Assembly (NCBI RefSeq): GCF_006345805.1
Contig: NC_043009.1
Span: 59,334,001 to 59,398,000 of the forward strand
Reading direction: 5' to 3'
Length of the DNA stretch: 64,000 nucleotides
From: Octopus sinensis
Lineage: Eukaryota
Every line of letters starts with the position of its first letter. The stretch's first letter is position 1. Below, one piece after another: positions 27,762 through 40,601 of the stretch. The position numbers and the translations under genes are program-made. The notes under the pieces were generated by a model, which had not been told where the DNA came from, made no database searches, and saw nothing but the letters and a program-made list of their open reading frames with translations.

Positions 27762-28094
27762 TAGATAATAGATAGATATAAATGAGTGTGTTTATGTGTG
27801 TGTGATTGTGTGTGTTTTGTACACTGTGTAGTTTATCTTCTCCATTTGAAAGACTGCAATGGAATTTTGCGGTTATTTGATTGCTATTTCTAGCTGTTCG
27901 AGTTACCATATAACGACTCCATTGTCAGTTCGTATTCCTATGTTTAGAACGAAACTATACATCGTACACGAAACTGAATGTTATACGAAACTGTAAACAC
28001 ATTCACAAACTAAGAAGGATTGTGGGAGAGAAGATAGAAATACTGTTTGTTCGTTGCTGATTAGAGCTCATTGTGGCGCTGTAAATATAAATTA

Positions 28095-28672
28095 CGAGCA
28101 AAACGCCCCCCGTCGAATGGACGGTGCTGAATCATATTTGCTGAATAAAAAGCAATCAGTGTTTTCTTTTCATTAAAAAATAATTAAGCATGCCTTTATT
28201 TCAATAACATTTTTGGTTTTGTTAAACGAAGTTGAAGCAAAAACAAGAATTTCTTGAGAAACCAAATAGTCTTTCCTTCCTTCATGACAAGTTTGAATAA
28301 AATATCTCCTTTACAACTTAATTTTTTGGTCTCTTAAATATACTGCATTTTGTGGCATTATTTCAAGCCAGCCGGGTTTTTTTTTTACGCAAACTGCACG
28401 TGCATTTTTCTCGCGTACGCGTAGTAGCGATCGCAACAGCTGATGTACTTGCGCGTACAAATGCACGTTCCCACGGTTTTATCGATTGCATTCTCACCTG
28501 GAATCGATTTTTGTAATTTTTTTCAAGACTTATACACGCCCTGATACCGTCGGTATATACATATCCAATTTCAGCGCAATCGGATGGCGGATGCCCGAGA
28601 TCCTAGAAGACACACACACGCACACACACACACACACACACACAGATAGACGGAACAGATTTATATAATAGA
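28095..28672 (-). mobile_element. Non-autonomous Helitron-like element (degenerate 3' end)
   Basis: Minus 5' end A|TCTATTATATAAATC with a (CA)n tract; putative 3' hairpin (plus strand ccgtc-gaatg-gacgg) and terminal CTCG|T, one mismatch from CTAG. Confidence 0.5.
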
Positions 28673-28825
28673 TATGTAAAAAAAAAATCTTTATGAATGA
28701 AGTTGAAATATCAAAGTCATTGCTTTCATCCGCGCCGCATAATTACGTAGGAGGGCGTCACCTGTTGCCTTATGTTTACCTGTAACTTCTCCGTAACCTT
28801 TGTGCGAATAGCAGAGGTGCTAGAT

Positions 28826-29488
28826 CAGTGGTTTTCGGCGATTTCTTACTCGTGGGCCGCAATAGTTCCTATTTTACTCGTGTAGACCTTCATAGCCATT
28901 AGATACTTTTTTAAAAATCCTATTATATTTTTCTAATATAGGCGCAGGCGTGACTGTGTGGTAAGAAGCTTGCTTCCCAACCACATGGTTCCGGGTTCAG
29001 TTCTACTGCGTGTCTCCTTGGGCAAGTGTCTTCTATTATAGCTTTGGGTCGACCAATGTCTTGTGAGTGGATTTATTTGAAGGGAACTAAAAGAAGCTCG
29101 TCGTGTGTGTGTGTACGTGTGAGAGCGCGGGCACGAGCGCGTGTGTGTATCTATGTGTGTGTATCATTGTGCCTGTGTTAAGACTTCTTAACCTACCGGT
29201 TCGGCAAAAGAGACGGATAGAATAACTACTAGGCTTTAAAAAAAACCCTTGGTCGATTTATTCAACTAAAATCCTTTAAGACGGTGCTCCAGCATGGCAG
29301 CGGTCAAATGGTAAACGATAAAATATTAAACATCTTTAGGTATTGTGTAAAGCAAATTAAAATATTTTGTGTATTATCGGAGTATAATCCCTTTATTGCA
29401 CATAATTTTTAACAGCAAAATCTTATACGGACCTCCAAGGTCCATGTGAACCTCCAAGAGTCATCCGGACCCTGGATGGAAACCACTG
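28826..29488. mobile_element. hAT (Charlie-like) MITE interrupted by a SINE B
   Basis: TIRs CAGTGGTTT / AAACCACTG; 8-bp flanks tgctagat / ctctacat (5 of 8 identical, NTCTAGAN-like). Confidence 0.7.
28941..29322 (+). mobile_element. SINE B, full length, nested in the hAT MITE
   Basis: ggcgcaggcgtgactgtgtggtaagaagc...ccttgggcaagtgtcttc...(GT) tract...gtgctccagcatggc. Confidence 0.9.
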
Positions 29489-30009
29489 CTCTACATGGTC
29501 ACCCAGTGAGCCTCAGTATAATTAATTGCTTGATTTCTTTGCCATATCAAGTAATAAAAAACGCTCAACTTTCGTATGGGAAATCACCCGCAACAGCCCC
29601 ACTTGACGGCACGAACCAGAAATAAACAGACTTTACGCATCTGAATAGTTTGTTTGGGGCTACGAAAGAAAAAGAAAAGAATGTCACGAATGAAAACGCC
29701 CTAAAATCTAAAAAAAAATGATCGACATAAATATTTGTATTAAGATTGTATCTAATAAAGAATCTATGAGAATGAAGGGAGTTCTGTAAAGCAGATGTTC
29801 GAGGGGGGAAAAAACTACAAGAGAACAAATTCTTTTTACAAGAGGTGTCAGCAACAAGGAAATAAGGATAATTTTTTAATGTTGAATCTTTGGATTCACA
29901 AACTTATGAGGAGGAATATGAGAAGAGGGGATGTTTATAGGTGAAATGGGTTTTAACGAAGATTTTCTCAGTTGCTAAACGAGCGAAATAATATACGGAT
30001 GTCCTGAAT

Positions 30010-30240
30010 CCATACCTAGATGTATTAATAACACGCACCAAGTATGGATTCAGGACATCCGTATACCGCAAGCCCACCTTCACTGGACGATACCTCAACT
30101 TCAACTCCCACCATCCATACAGTGTAAAGAGAGGAACTGCTCAGTGCCTAAAACATCGAGCAATGACTATAAGTAGCGATCGTGATACACACCACGAAGA
30201 AATGATCAAGCTCAGTAACAATCTAGTAAGCAACAATAAC
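30010..30240 (+). pseudogene. Penelope/Poseidon-type RT C-terminal and thumb fragment
   Basis: 77 open codons: PYLDVLITRTKYGFRTSVYRKPTFTGRYLNFNSHHPYSVKRGTAQCLKHRAMTISSDRDTHHEEMIKLSNNLVSNNN; matches the PLE motifs (F/Y)LDV, VYRKPT and SHHP. Confidence 0.92.
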
Positions 30241-30252
30241 AATTTTCGTTGT

Positions 30253-30321
30253 TTTGCAACTTTGTCAATGGATGTTGACATTCATACAACGAGAGTCAAC
30301 ATCCATTGATAAGGTTGCAAA
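30253..30321. repeat. Short hairpin, ~27-bp arms and 15-nt loop
   Basis: tttgcaactttgtcaatggatgttgac / gtcaacatccattgataaggttgcaaa. Confidence 0.8.
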
Positions 30322-30360
30322 TGCAATAAAAATTTTGGAAGAAAATCAAAATATAAATAA

Positions 30361-30684
30361 CTAGCAGTATGACCCGGCAACGCTGGGTCATCGTGCTAGT
30401 GCATGCATATACAGCTGCGTGCGTACGCACATAGACGCGAGTACTGTCCAAATCTCCGACCAATCACATACAGCTAGCTGGCATTCAATTGGCGTATCAA
30501 GTTTCGGGCATTTTGATTGGGTTTTGGATAGAAAATAAAAAAAAAGTCACTTCTATTGATTATTTAATGACTTTGCGGGGTGACTGTGGAAATGTAAAGA
30601 TGTGCACGACCACCCTTGGACGGTCTTAAATGACCATAGAAAGTGCGAGCCTTCTAACTGAAAAATTGTGGATTTGCATAAAGG

Positions 30685-30722
<38 letters not shown>

Positions 30723-30741
30723 TTTACCGTTTATATATAGA
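30361..30741 (-). mobile_element. Non-autonomous Helitron (~380 bp) with internal (CA)n
   Basis: Minus strand starts TCTATATATAAAC and ends with hairpin TGACCC-agcgttgcc-GGGTCA, then tactg CTAG|T; no TSD. Confidence 0.8.
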
Positions 30742-31166
30742 GAGTTAAATGAGTGGAAATTGAACCGGTGAGTATGTTACATATTAAGGCATTAAGGCAG
30801 TATGACTCTCCTCAAACACAACAAAATTTGCTTCAACACGCGAAATCACATAACCAGATACAAACACGAAGTATAATAGAATATTTTTTTCAGCGTGAAA
30901 AGGCTCCATCTGAATAAGATAGCAATCAAAGGGGTACAAAAAATAGGTAAAAAAAAGTGATTGAGAACCGCTGCTGCACCTGCACAGTTGTCCAGGTGTA
31001 CTATGCGGCTCTCAGTGAGATAGAAGCATGACATAAACGAAAAAATCGATCCATATATCGTGTCTAGTTGGGCCGACTGCTAGAGCAAGATATGATTCAT
31101 TGATTAGAGGTGACGACACGAAGCTACAACACGACGATGACAACAATAGAAACGCCATCCCTTCTA

Positions 31167-31561
31167 ATTTCTTTATTGCCCACAAGGGGCTAAACATAGA
31201 GGGGACAAACAAGGACAGACAAAGGGATTAAGTCGATTACATCGCACCCCAGTGCGTAACTGGTACTTCGTTTATCGACCCCGAAAGGATGGAAGGCAAA
31301 GTCGACATCGGCGGAATTTGAACTCAGAACGTACCTATTTCTTTACTGTCCACAAGAGGCTACACACAGAAGGGACAAACAAGTACAGACAAACAGATTA
31401 AGTCGATTATATCGACCCCAGTACGTAACTGGTACTTAATTTATCGACCCCGAAAGGATGAAAGGCAAAGTCGACCTCGGCGGAATTTGAACTCAGAACG
31501 TTACCGGCAGACGAAATACCGCTAAGCATTTCGCCCGGCGTGCTAACGTTTCTGCCAGTTC
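31167..31561 (-). mobile_element. SINE A, composite form, 16-bp TSD
   Basis: TSD aacgccatcccttcta at 31151-31166 and 31562-31577; two central units. Confidence 0.92.
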
Positions 31562-32408
31562 AACGCCATCCCTTCTACCATCACCCAACCACTCACAAAT
31601 CTAACAGTTAAAATGGTTCCTCCTTCGATTTCGACGACGCGCTGTTCGAAATAAACAGCTCCTATCAAGTCATTCGATTTTAGTGTAACTGGTTGATTTA
31701 ACCTACGTAGGTATGTACTCTTAATGTAATCCATAGGAGAACCCAGCGTGTCGCAATGTTTGACAAGGATTGTCCTTTGAAGTGCAGACTGCGGCGGCGC
31801 CAGCGTTTTGTACCAGCCGCGCCAGTAAACAATGACAAACACGCAAAGTTTTTGCAAAGGTGGTAGTAGTAGTAGTAGTAGTAGTATATTTCTTTACTAC
31901 CCACAAGGGGCTAAACACAGAGGGGACAAACAAGGACAGACAAAGGAATCAAGTCGATTACATCGACTCCAGTGCGTAACTGGTACTTAATTTATCGACC
32001 CCGAAAGGATGAAAGGCAAGTCGAACCTCGGCGGAATTTGAACTCAGAACGTTACCGGCAGACGAAATACCGCTAAGCATTTCGCCCGGCGTGCTAACGT
32101 TTTCTGCAGTTCAACGCCATCCCTTCTACCATCACCCAACCACTCACAAATCTAACAGTTAAAATGGTTCCTCCTTCGATTTCGACGACGCGCTGTTCGA
32201 ATAAACAGCTCCTATCAAGTCATTCGATTTTAGTGTAACTGGTTGATTTAACCTACGTAGGTATGTACTCTTAATGTAATCCATAGGAGAACCCAGCGTG
32301 TCGCAATGTTTGACAAGGATTGTCCTTTGAAGTGCAGACTGCGGCGGCGCCAGCGTTTTGTACCAGCCGCGCCAGTAAACAATGACAAACACGCAAAGTT
32401 TTTGCAAA

Positions 32409-32454
<46 letters not shown>

Positions 32455-32680
32455 TATTTCTTTACTACCCACAAGGGGCTAAACACAGAGGGGACAAACA
32501 AGGACAGACAAAGGAATCAAGTCGATTACATCGACTCCAGTGCGTAACTGGTACTTAATTTATCGACCCCGAAAGGATGAAAGGCAAAGTCGACCTCGGC
32601 GGAATTTGAACGTAACGACAGACGAAATACGGCTACGCATTTCGCCCGGCGTGCTAACGATTCTGCCAGCTCGCCGCCTT
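31561..32680. repeat. Tandem duplication of a ~550-bp unit (unique spacer, (GTA)n, SINE A on minus)
   Basis: 31561-31860 is essentially identical to 32112-32410; SINE A copies at 31887-32111 and 32455-32680. Confidence 0.92.
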
Positions 32681-32684
32681 TTTA

Positions 32685-32740
<56 letters not shown>

Positions 32741-33004
32741 TTCTTCTATTTGCCACCAGGGCGACGGATGAAGGGTACAATACAAAGAGACATGAAGGGT
32801 AAGGATTTGCCTAGAATCAAATAGTTAAAAATAAAAGGATGCATGGTGCTCAGAATTAAAAGAAAACGTCATGAAAGTAATTATAAATAAATGATGATGA
32901 TGAGGATAATGTGATGCAGTCTCCTTGATACAGGAGGACTTCGAAGGCCAATCGAAGAAGCCCACCATCAAAGATCGCTCTGAGCAGCTGTAGACACACC
33001 ATCA

Positions 33005-33273
33005 CCTGTTGTCAAGCACGGTGGTGGTGGTGGTGGTGGGTGACATAGACTTAAAGAATCACACACACGCACACACACTCACACACACACATATATATAT
33101 ATAAATATATACGACGGGCTTCTTTCGGTTTCCATCTACCAAATACATCCACAAGGCTTTGGTCGGCCCGAGGCTATAGTTGAAGACACTTGCCTAAGGG
33201 GCCACAGAGTGGGACTGAACTCAGAACTATCTGACTGAGAAGCTAGCTTTTTAACCACACAACCACGCCTGCG
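33005..33273 (-). mobile_element. SINE B, tail truncated
   Basis: gttgtcaagc...acgacgggcttctttcggtttcc...gaagacacttgcctaagg...accacacaaccacgcctgcg. Confidence 0.85.
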
Positions 33274-33851
33274 ACTAAACACGTGCCAAGGTCATTTTTG
33301 CATTCCATCCTTTTGCGATCGATGACATAATTACCGACTAACGCCCTCGATGAAGTAAATACTGGCAAATGCCCTCGCACTAAGTATGAGGTATTGCGAC
33401 CTTACTAGAGAGGATATAGGAATAGTGACACACAGACTCGTCACTTACAAGGTATAACATGGTGTGAGCATACATCGTACCGTTTGGAAATGTTTTTTTC
33501 GTGTGCCAGTATAGTAGCGAACTGCCACAGACACTTCTCCTAGCATTTAATGGTTGAACGTGAGAAAAGTCCAAGATGTGAAGAGATAGAGTATTCCATT
33601 AACTCCCAGTACATGACAGATACCGTACTTTATTGAAACTGAAACACAATGGTGACCTCGTCGAGATTTGAACGTCAAACTTGAAGAAGCAAACAGAAAA
33701 ATACCGCCAGGCACATTGTCTGACAATCCCACGTATATATATATATATAGAAATATATAGAAATACATATGTGCATAAAGGGGTGTTTATATATATTATA
33801 TATATATATATATACATGTGTGTGTGCATGTGTATGTGAATATGTGTATAT

Positions 33852-33894
<43 letters not shown>

Positions 33895-34298
33895 TTATAC
33901 CTTTATGTACACATGCGTGCACAAATGTATGACTGTTTGTGTATAAGCATGTACTCACAATATATAATATATATACGCACACACACACATATATATAGAA
34001 CTATTTGTGTGTGTCTGTGCATGTGTGTGTCTGTGTGTCTGTGTGTGTGTGTGTGTGAACGGGTGTATAGACCAGGTTTTTCTATAAACGAGCATCATGA
34101 AGTTTACAACTTTCATGTTTACGTTGAAATTTTCTAGATAACATAACATTTGGTCATCTGATTTTCGTTGATCAGCTTGCATGCCTGCAGTCTTGTGGTT
34201 TGTTGCTGATAAGAAGAGTTTCAACATCAACGTTGCTGTAATACATACATACATACACACATACATACATACATACATACATACATACATGCATACAG

Positions 34299-34356
<58 letters not shown>

Positions 34357-34741
34357 GTTATTATCATTATCATCATTGTTATTATTATTATTATTATTAT
34401 TATTGTTATTATCATTATCATCATTGTTATTATTACGCTACTTTCATGATTAGGTGTAATTCAGGTTGTTCTGTTTTATCAGTTCTTTATGCATACGTAC
34501 ATAATTATATATATATATATATATATAATATATATATAATATAAATATATATATATGAATATATGTATATGAATATATGTAATATGAATATATGTATATA
34601 TGTGTTTGTGTGTGTGTATATATAATATATATGTGTGTGAATATATGTATATATATATATAACACACACACCAATATATACATATATGCATATATATATA
34701 TATGTATGTGTATATATATATATTATACATATGGTCTATAC

Positions 34742-34774
<33 letters not shown>

Positions 34775-34884
34775 CAAACATATATATATGTATGTGTGTA
34801 TATATGTATATATATATATATAATATATAGTATTTATATATAACATTATATATATATACATATATGCAACTATATATATAATAT

Positions 34885-34926
<42 letters not shown>

Positions 34927-35659
34927 TATATATATGTTTTCGTGATAATCTGTTTCATAGCCAGAGTGCATTTGGTTCATCTTATACAACTTGGCTGTAT
35001 TGGTTTTATTTGCTTTTTATTTTACCTAGATGTATTGTCTGCCGTGTTTACTCTGTTTAATTTGTTTCTGTATTGTTCCATAGCTTAGTCTTACTAACTT
35101 TTATGCAAAGAGGAAAACAGTAAATTCATGACTCCAACTTATATTATATTGACCGTACAAAGTACGATGTTTTCCCTGTCGGCTCACCATGACTTTACAG
35201 CAAGACGCCATTTCACGGCTCTACATTACACAACATTTCACAATAATCTCGATACGAAGAACACATTACTTGATAATACAACGATTGTGTATAATGTTAC
35301 CTCCCAAAAGATAGATTAAATATGGAGTTTTACATTGGCTTTAATCGTCGTCGCAGTGCCGCAGTTTGCAATTTCCACGAAACTAAGCAATTTTTAACTG
35401 GTATTTTGTTCGGATTGACCCTGAACGATAAAAGAGTAAATTAACGTCGGCCGGATTTGAACTTCGATATAATTAATTACCAGAAAACAATTTATCAGTC
35501 GCTACTGATTCTACACATTTATTGCCCCCTTGGAAATTATATTAAGAGGAAAACAGGACGTAAATGTTATTATACAGGTAGCGCTTTCCAGTTGTAAACT
35601 AAAACCAGGTTCTTAATTGCTGAAAGATACATTTACTTAATGATAAAAATCACAAGCTT

Positions 35660-36310
35660 GGCTGTCAGGTAAGAAGTTTGCTCCCCAAGCACATGGTTCC
35701 GGGTTCAGTCCTTATGCGTGGTACCTTGAGCAAGTGCTTTTTTTACTATAGCCTCGGGCGGACCAAAGGCTTGCGAATGGATTCGGTAGACGTCGTATAG
35801 GCGCAGGCGTGACTGTGTGGTAAGAAGCTTACGTCCTGCCACACAGCCACGCTTGCGCCTATACGACGGACGAAGGCGGTGAGCTGGCAGAAACGTTAGC
35901 ACGCCGGGCGAAATGCTTAGCATTATTTCGTCTGCCGTTACGTTCTGAGTTCAAATTCCGCCAAGGTCGACTTTGCCTTTCATCCTTTCGGGGTCGATAA
36001 ATTAAGTACCAGTTATGCACTGGCGTCGATGTAATCCACTTAATCCCTTTGTCTGTCCTAGTTTATCCCCTCTATGTTTAGCCACTTGTGGGCAATAAAA
36101 AATCAGAAGCTTGCGTCCTGACCACGTGGTTCTGTGTTCAGTCCCACTGCGTGGTACTTTGGGCAAGTGTCTTCTACTATAGGCTCGGACCGACCAAAAC
36201 CTTGTGAGTGGATTCGGGGTTGATAAAATAAGCACCAACCGAGCAATGCTGCCGATGTAAACAACAAACACTTCCCCTTAAAATTACAGGCCTTGTGCTA
36301 AAAATATCAA
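35660..36310 (+). mobile_element. Nested cluster: SINE B fragment, SINE B interrupted by SINE A (35873-36103), SINE A tail
   Basis: TSD-like agaagctt(a/g)cgtcctg at 35823-35838 and 36105-36120; inverted head copy at 35837-35868. Confidence 0.85.
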
Positions 36311-36429
36311 ACGATCCATTATTATTGTTACAGCTATCAAAACCCAAGTCAGTGTTAACAATTGCTTATTTAGGACTACATTTTATGAAATGTGTCTTCT
36401 CTCATACAAGACTATAGAGTTACATTAGT

Positions 36430-36757
36430 GAGGTGGGATGGCTTAGTGGTTAGGGTACTTGACTCCCGATCGTAAGGTCGTGAGTTCGATTCCCAACGAG
36501 GAGTTTTGTCCTTGAGCAAGATACTTGATTTCACGTTGCTCCGGTCCACACAGCTGGTGAAGATGATTAGTACCTGTATTTCAAAGGGGCAGCCTTTATC
36601 ACATTCTGTGTCACGCTGAATCTCACTGAGAGCTTCTTTAAGGGTATGCATGTCTATGGAATACTCAACCACTTTGCACGTTAGTCTCAAGAGCAAACAG
36701 ACTGTTCCGTTGATGGTATCAACTGGAATGCAAGTCGACGTAACCGACGGAACGCCA
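36430..36757 (+). mobile_element. tRNA-derived CORE-like SINE, family C3 (C2-type head and CORE, C1-type tail)
   Basis: GATGGCTTAGTGGTTAGGG...GAGTTCGATTCCC; GTCCTTGAGCAAGATACTT..TTTCACGTTGCTCC; tail GTACCTGTATTTCAAAGGGG...CGTAACCGACGGA. Confidence 0.85.
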
Positions 36758-37230
36758 GTTTAGGATTTGAGATGCGGGAAATCTGGCTGCCATTTTTAAC
36801 AAGTTGTATGACTCTCTCTCTTTTACTCTTTTACTTGTTTCAGTCATTTGACTGTGGCCATGCTGGAGCACTACTTAGATTTTTCACTCATAATGCTGTG
36901 CAGCTCTTTCTTCAATGTTTAAATCCAATTTCTACTTTCTCGAACCACTTAGCAAACTCGGAGAAAAGCATGAAGATTGCATAATCACAGAACCAACTTT
37001 CTTAATTGATTATCAGCTGTTCTAGATGAATAAGAAATTATCGTATCTTCTCTTTACATCCGCATTTCTTTCTCTCTTTCTTTCTCTCTTTCTTTCTTTC
37101 TTCCTTTCTTTCTTTCTTTCATTTCCTTCTTTGTTTTTTTTTTCCATTCTAGATTTCAAATCACTTCCATTTTCCTCCATTTCCTAACTCTTCACATTCT
37201 TGGCATTCCTCGCATTCTTCAACCATTTTC

Positions 37231-37234
<4 letters not shown>

Positions 37235-37271
<37 letters not shown>

Positions 37272-37361
37272 TATCATCATCATCTTCTACTTCTTCGTCC
37301 TCTTCTTCTACTTCTTCTTCTTCTTCTTCTACTACTACTACTACTACTACTACTAGTACTA

Positions 37362-37420
<59 letters not shown>

Positions 37421-37465
37421 TTCCTCAATCAGCTTTCCTTCGTCGGATTATTATTATTATTATTA

Positions 37466-37523
<58 letters not shown>

Positions 37524-37545
37524 TATTATTATCATTATTACTATT
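37235..37545. repeat. (CAT)n/(CTT)n/(ACT)n/(ATT)n compound microsatellite
   Basis: Direct reading. Confidence 0.95.
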
Positions 37546-37877
37546 CGCGATTATTTTCGGCTTCTTGTTATTTGTTCTACCTATTCTTGTCATCTGCTTC
37601 TTTTCTTTTTATTTGCCAATTTCTTTTTGTATTCTTTTTTTCATTTCATTTCATCTCATCTCTTCTTCATAATCTTCATATATTCTTCTCTTCTTCTTTG
37701 TTCCTTTGTTTCTTTTCCTCCTTCCTCCTCCTCCTCCTCCTCCTCCACCCCGCACCACAACCACCACCATCTTCTTTTCGCTCTATATATTTTTGATTGC
37801 AGCAGAATACATCTTTCTCATCGCATTCTTGTTTACCACCCTGCACCACCACCTGCCTAACAACCACCACACCACCA

Positions 37878-37935
<58 letters not shown>

Positions 37936-38482
37936 ACCCCTCTCTCCCTATTACCCAGAAGCAGCACCCTCCACATACATCGCGCAACACTTACAACTTC
38001 CACGCAACCACCCTCACCAACCAACACCAATAAAAAAAACAAAGAACAGTAACAATTATCACATCTGCCTCTCACCTCAACTCACACACATACGCGCAAA
38101 AATATGCATACATACATACAAATATGTGTGTGTGCATGTATACATATGCATATATATATGGATATATATGTATGTATCTACATATGTATGTATATGTGTA
38201 TGTGTTCATGCATATATATATGGATACATATATATATGCATATATATATATATGCATATATATATGCATATATATATGGATATATATGTATGTATGTATA
38301 TGTGTATGTGTACATGCATATGTGTCTGTAAATGTATGTGTTCGTATAAATATAGTGCATACACATAAACATACACAAATATATATATATACACCCACTC
38401 ACACACCACATATATATGTGTATGTATATATACATATATGTAATTATGCATGTATGCCTGTATGTATAAGTGTGTGTATATA

Positions 38483-38522
<40 letters not shown>

Positions 38523-38748
38523 TTTGTGTGTGTGTGTAAATATATACCTGCATATACACGGAAGCATGCATGCATACATATACACATACAAACTTACATG
38601 CAGATACACACACATACACACACACATACACACACAATCACACATGCTCTCAGTTTCGCCTTATCGCTTTCACTATCTCTCTTACTCCCTTTATTGTAAG
38701 TTTCACTTATCTACACACATCTTCAAACACGTAATATCATATACTCAT

Positions 38749-38784
<36 letters not shown>

Positions 38785-38941
38785 CACACACACACACACG
38801 CACGCACAGACACACAGGCTCACACACGCACATTACCTGGCATTTTCTTTCCTTATCTTCTTGTTCTATCACTTTGAACCTCTTTTCTCTTTCTGTATCA
38901 TAAAGTCCCTTCACATCCCTATACACACATAAAACACACTC

Positions 38942-39000
<59 letters not shown>

Positions 39001-39559
39001 CATATGTATACACACCCACATGCAAACAGGTACTCCGTCAGAACTTCGTCGCTGATATCTTCCTTTTTCATTGTCTTTCGTCCTCCTCCTCTTTCTACTT
39101 CTCCTCTTACTCCCCCTCCCTTTCCTTTCCATTATTCCCCCCATCTCTCTCTCCCTCTTTCTCTCTCTCTCTTTCTCTTTCCCTCCCTCTTTCTCCTTCT
39201 CTCTCTCCCTCTCTCTCTCTCTCTCGCTTCTCATCACCGATCTCTCAGCATAATTTCAACGTAATTACCATTTTCTCCCTTCGACGAATTCTTCAAACTC
39301 ACTTTAAGAATCTCTCCAAGACATATCCTCATACACACACTCACACACGCTAATACAGATACAGCCACATACACGAACGCACACACATTCATACACATAT
39401 ACAATATCATTAAAACTAAACACACACCGACACACGATAATAACACATTCGCACACACACTCCACTCGCACATACTCACAACATTTCTCACACACATATT
39501 CATACAACCCGTGAAGACATACTCACTCTAGCCTTTAGCTACACACACACACACACACA

Positions 39560-39593
<34 letters not shown>

Positions 39594-40031
39594 ACACACG
39601 CAATAGCACACATACACTCGTAAACGCATAGACATATAGAAATAAACTACCTGTCACTCATACAGGAACTCAAATACACGCTCAAACGCATGTGCATATA
39701 TATTCACACACACACACATATACTCATTTACACACACACACACACACTTACGCACACACGCATGCATGTAGACTATTTCACACAAACACTCCTCTCATAT
39801 ACACTAATATTTATGCACACTAACGCACACACACACACTTTCACACATACACACACACTTTCACACACACACACTCACGCACACACACACTCAAACATAC
39901 TGACACACACACGCACTCAAGTACATATACACTCACATACACACACACAATCACACATACACCCACCCACACACACGTGCACACACGCACACACACACAC
40001 ATATATATTTATATATACATATATGTATGTA

Positions 40032-40165
40032 TAGTTGAAATTTATAGAAAACCAAAAGACGAAGGCAGATATATGAACAACAAGCAACTGTATTAGTTTA
40101 ACACTCGAGCAAATAAATAAAGTTTTTACGTTTCGAACCTAGGCTCTTCAACAGAAAGGAATAAG
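40032..40165 (-). mobile_element. PLE pLTR-like terminal repeat with hammerhead variant
   Basis: Homologous to 51682-51828; directly downstream, on the minus strand, of the GIY-YIG remnant; 3' end at an AT/ATGT tract. Confidence 0.8.
40124..40157 (-). ncRNA. Minimal hammerhead motif, A6U core variant
   Basis: TTT CTGTTGA A GAGC-ctag-GTTC GAA ACGT A | AAA. Confidence 0.6.
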
Positions 40166-40189
40166 TTATTCAAAATTCATTCTCACTAC

Positions 40190-40601
40190 ATTTTGCGAAA
40201 TTACATTTATATGCGTGTAGGCATCTCGAGAGACGTCTAGAAATTCTATTATCTTTTTCTTAGTCCACATAATAGACAGGGATTCCTCGGAGCAGAGAGA
40301 GCATCAGCTGGAAATTATATTGTATGGTTTCACATACCTTACTATGGACCAATTTATGCTGTACTTCATTTTATCCTCCTTCAGTCGCCTTTCAAAATCT
40401 GCCAAAGATGATGAATATCTCTTATTGATTGTCTTAAAGCTGGCAACGTGGTTACGATATACTATTCTCAAATGGATCAGCCGTCTGCCCAATGTAAACA
40501 TAAGGCCCTTCCCTTGTGTGCATGGTACATTTATATATAACATTTGTACTCATACAGAAATTCGTCAAAGGACATTTTGATTTTTCTCTGCATGAGCATT
40601 T
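40190..40601 (-). pseudogene. PLE GIY-YIG endonuclease remnant with Cys-rich linker
   Basis: KCSCREKSKCPLTNFCMSTNVIYKCT...PYVYIGQTADPF, frameshift, YRNHVASFK...RYSSSLADF..RLKEDKMKYSINWSIV...CSLCSEE. Confidence 0.88.

Noticed and set aside
31543-32407. Duplicated 104/82-aa ORF (MQKLCVFVIVYWRGW...)
   Set aside because: No recognisable domain; it ends in SINE sequence and the two copies differ by a frameshift
31151-32680. Repeat-spacer pattern resembling a CRISPR array
   Set aside because: Repeats are 200-400 bp SINEs, spacers are identical duplicates, the context is eukaryotic and there are no cas genes
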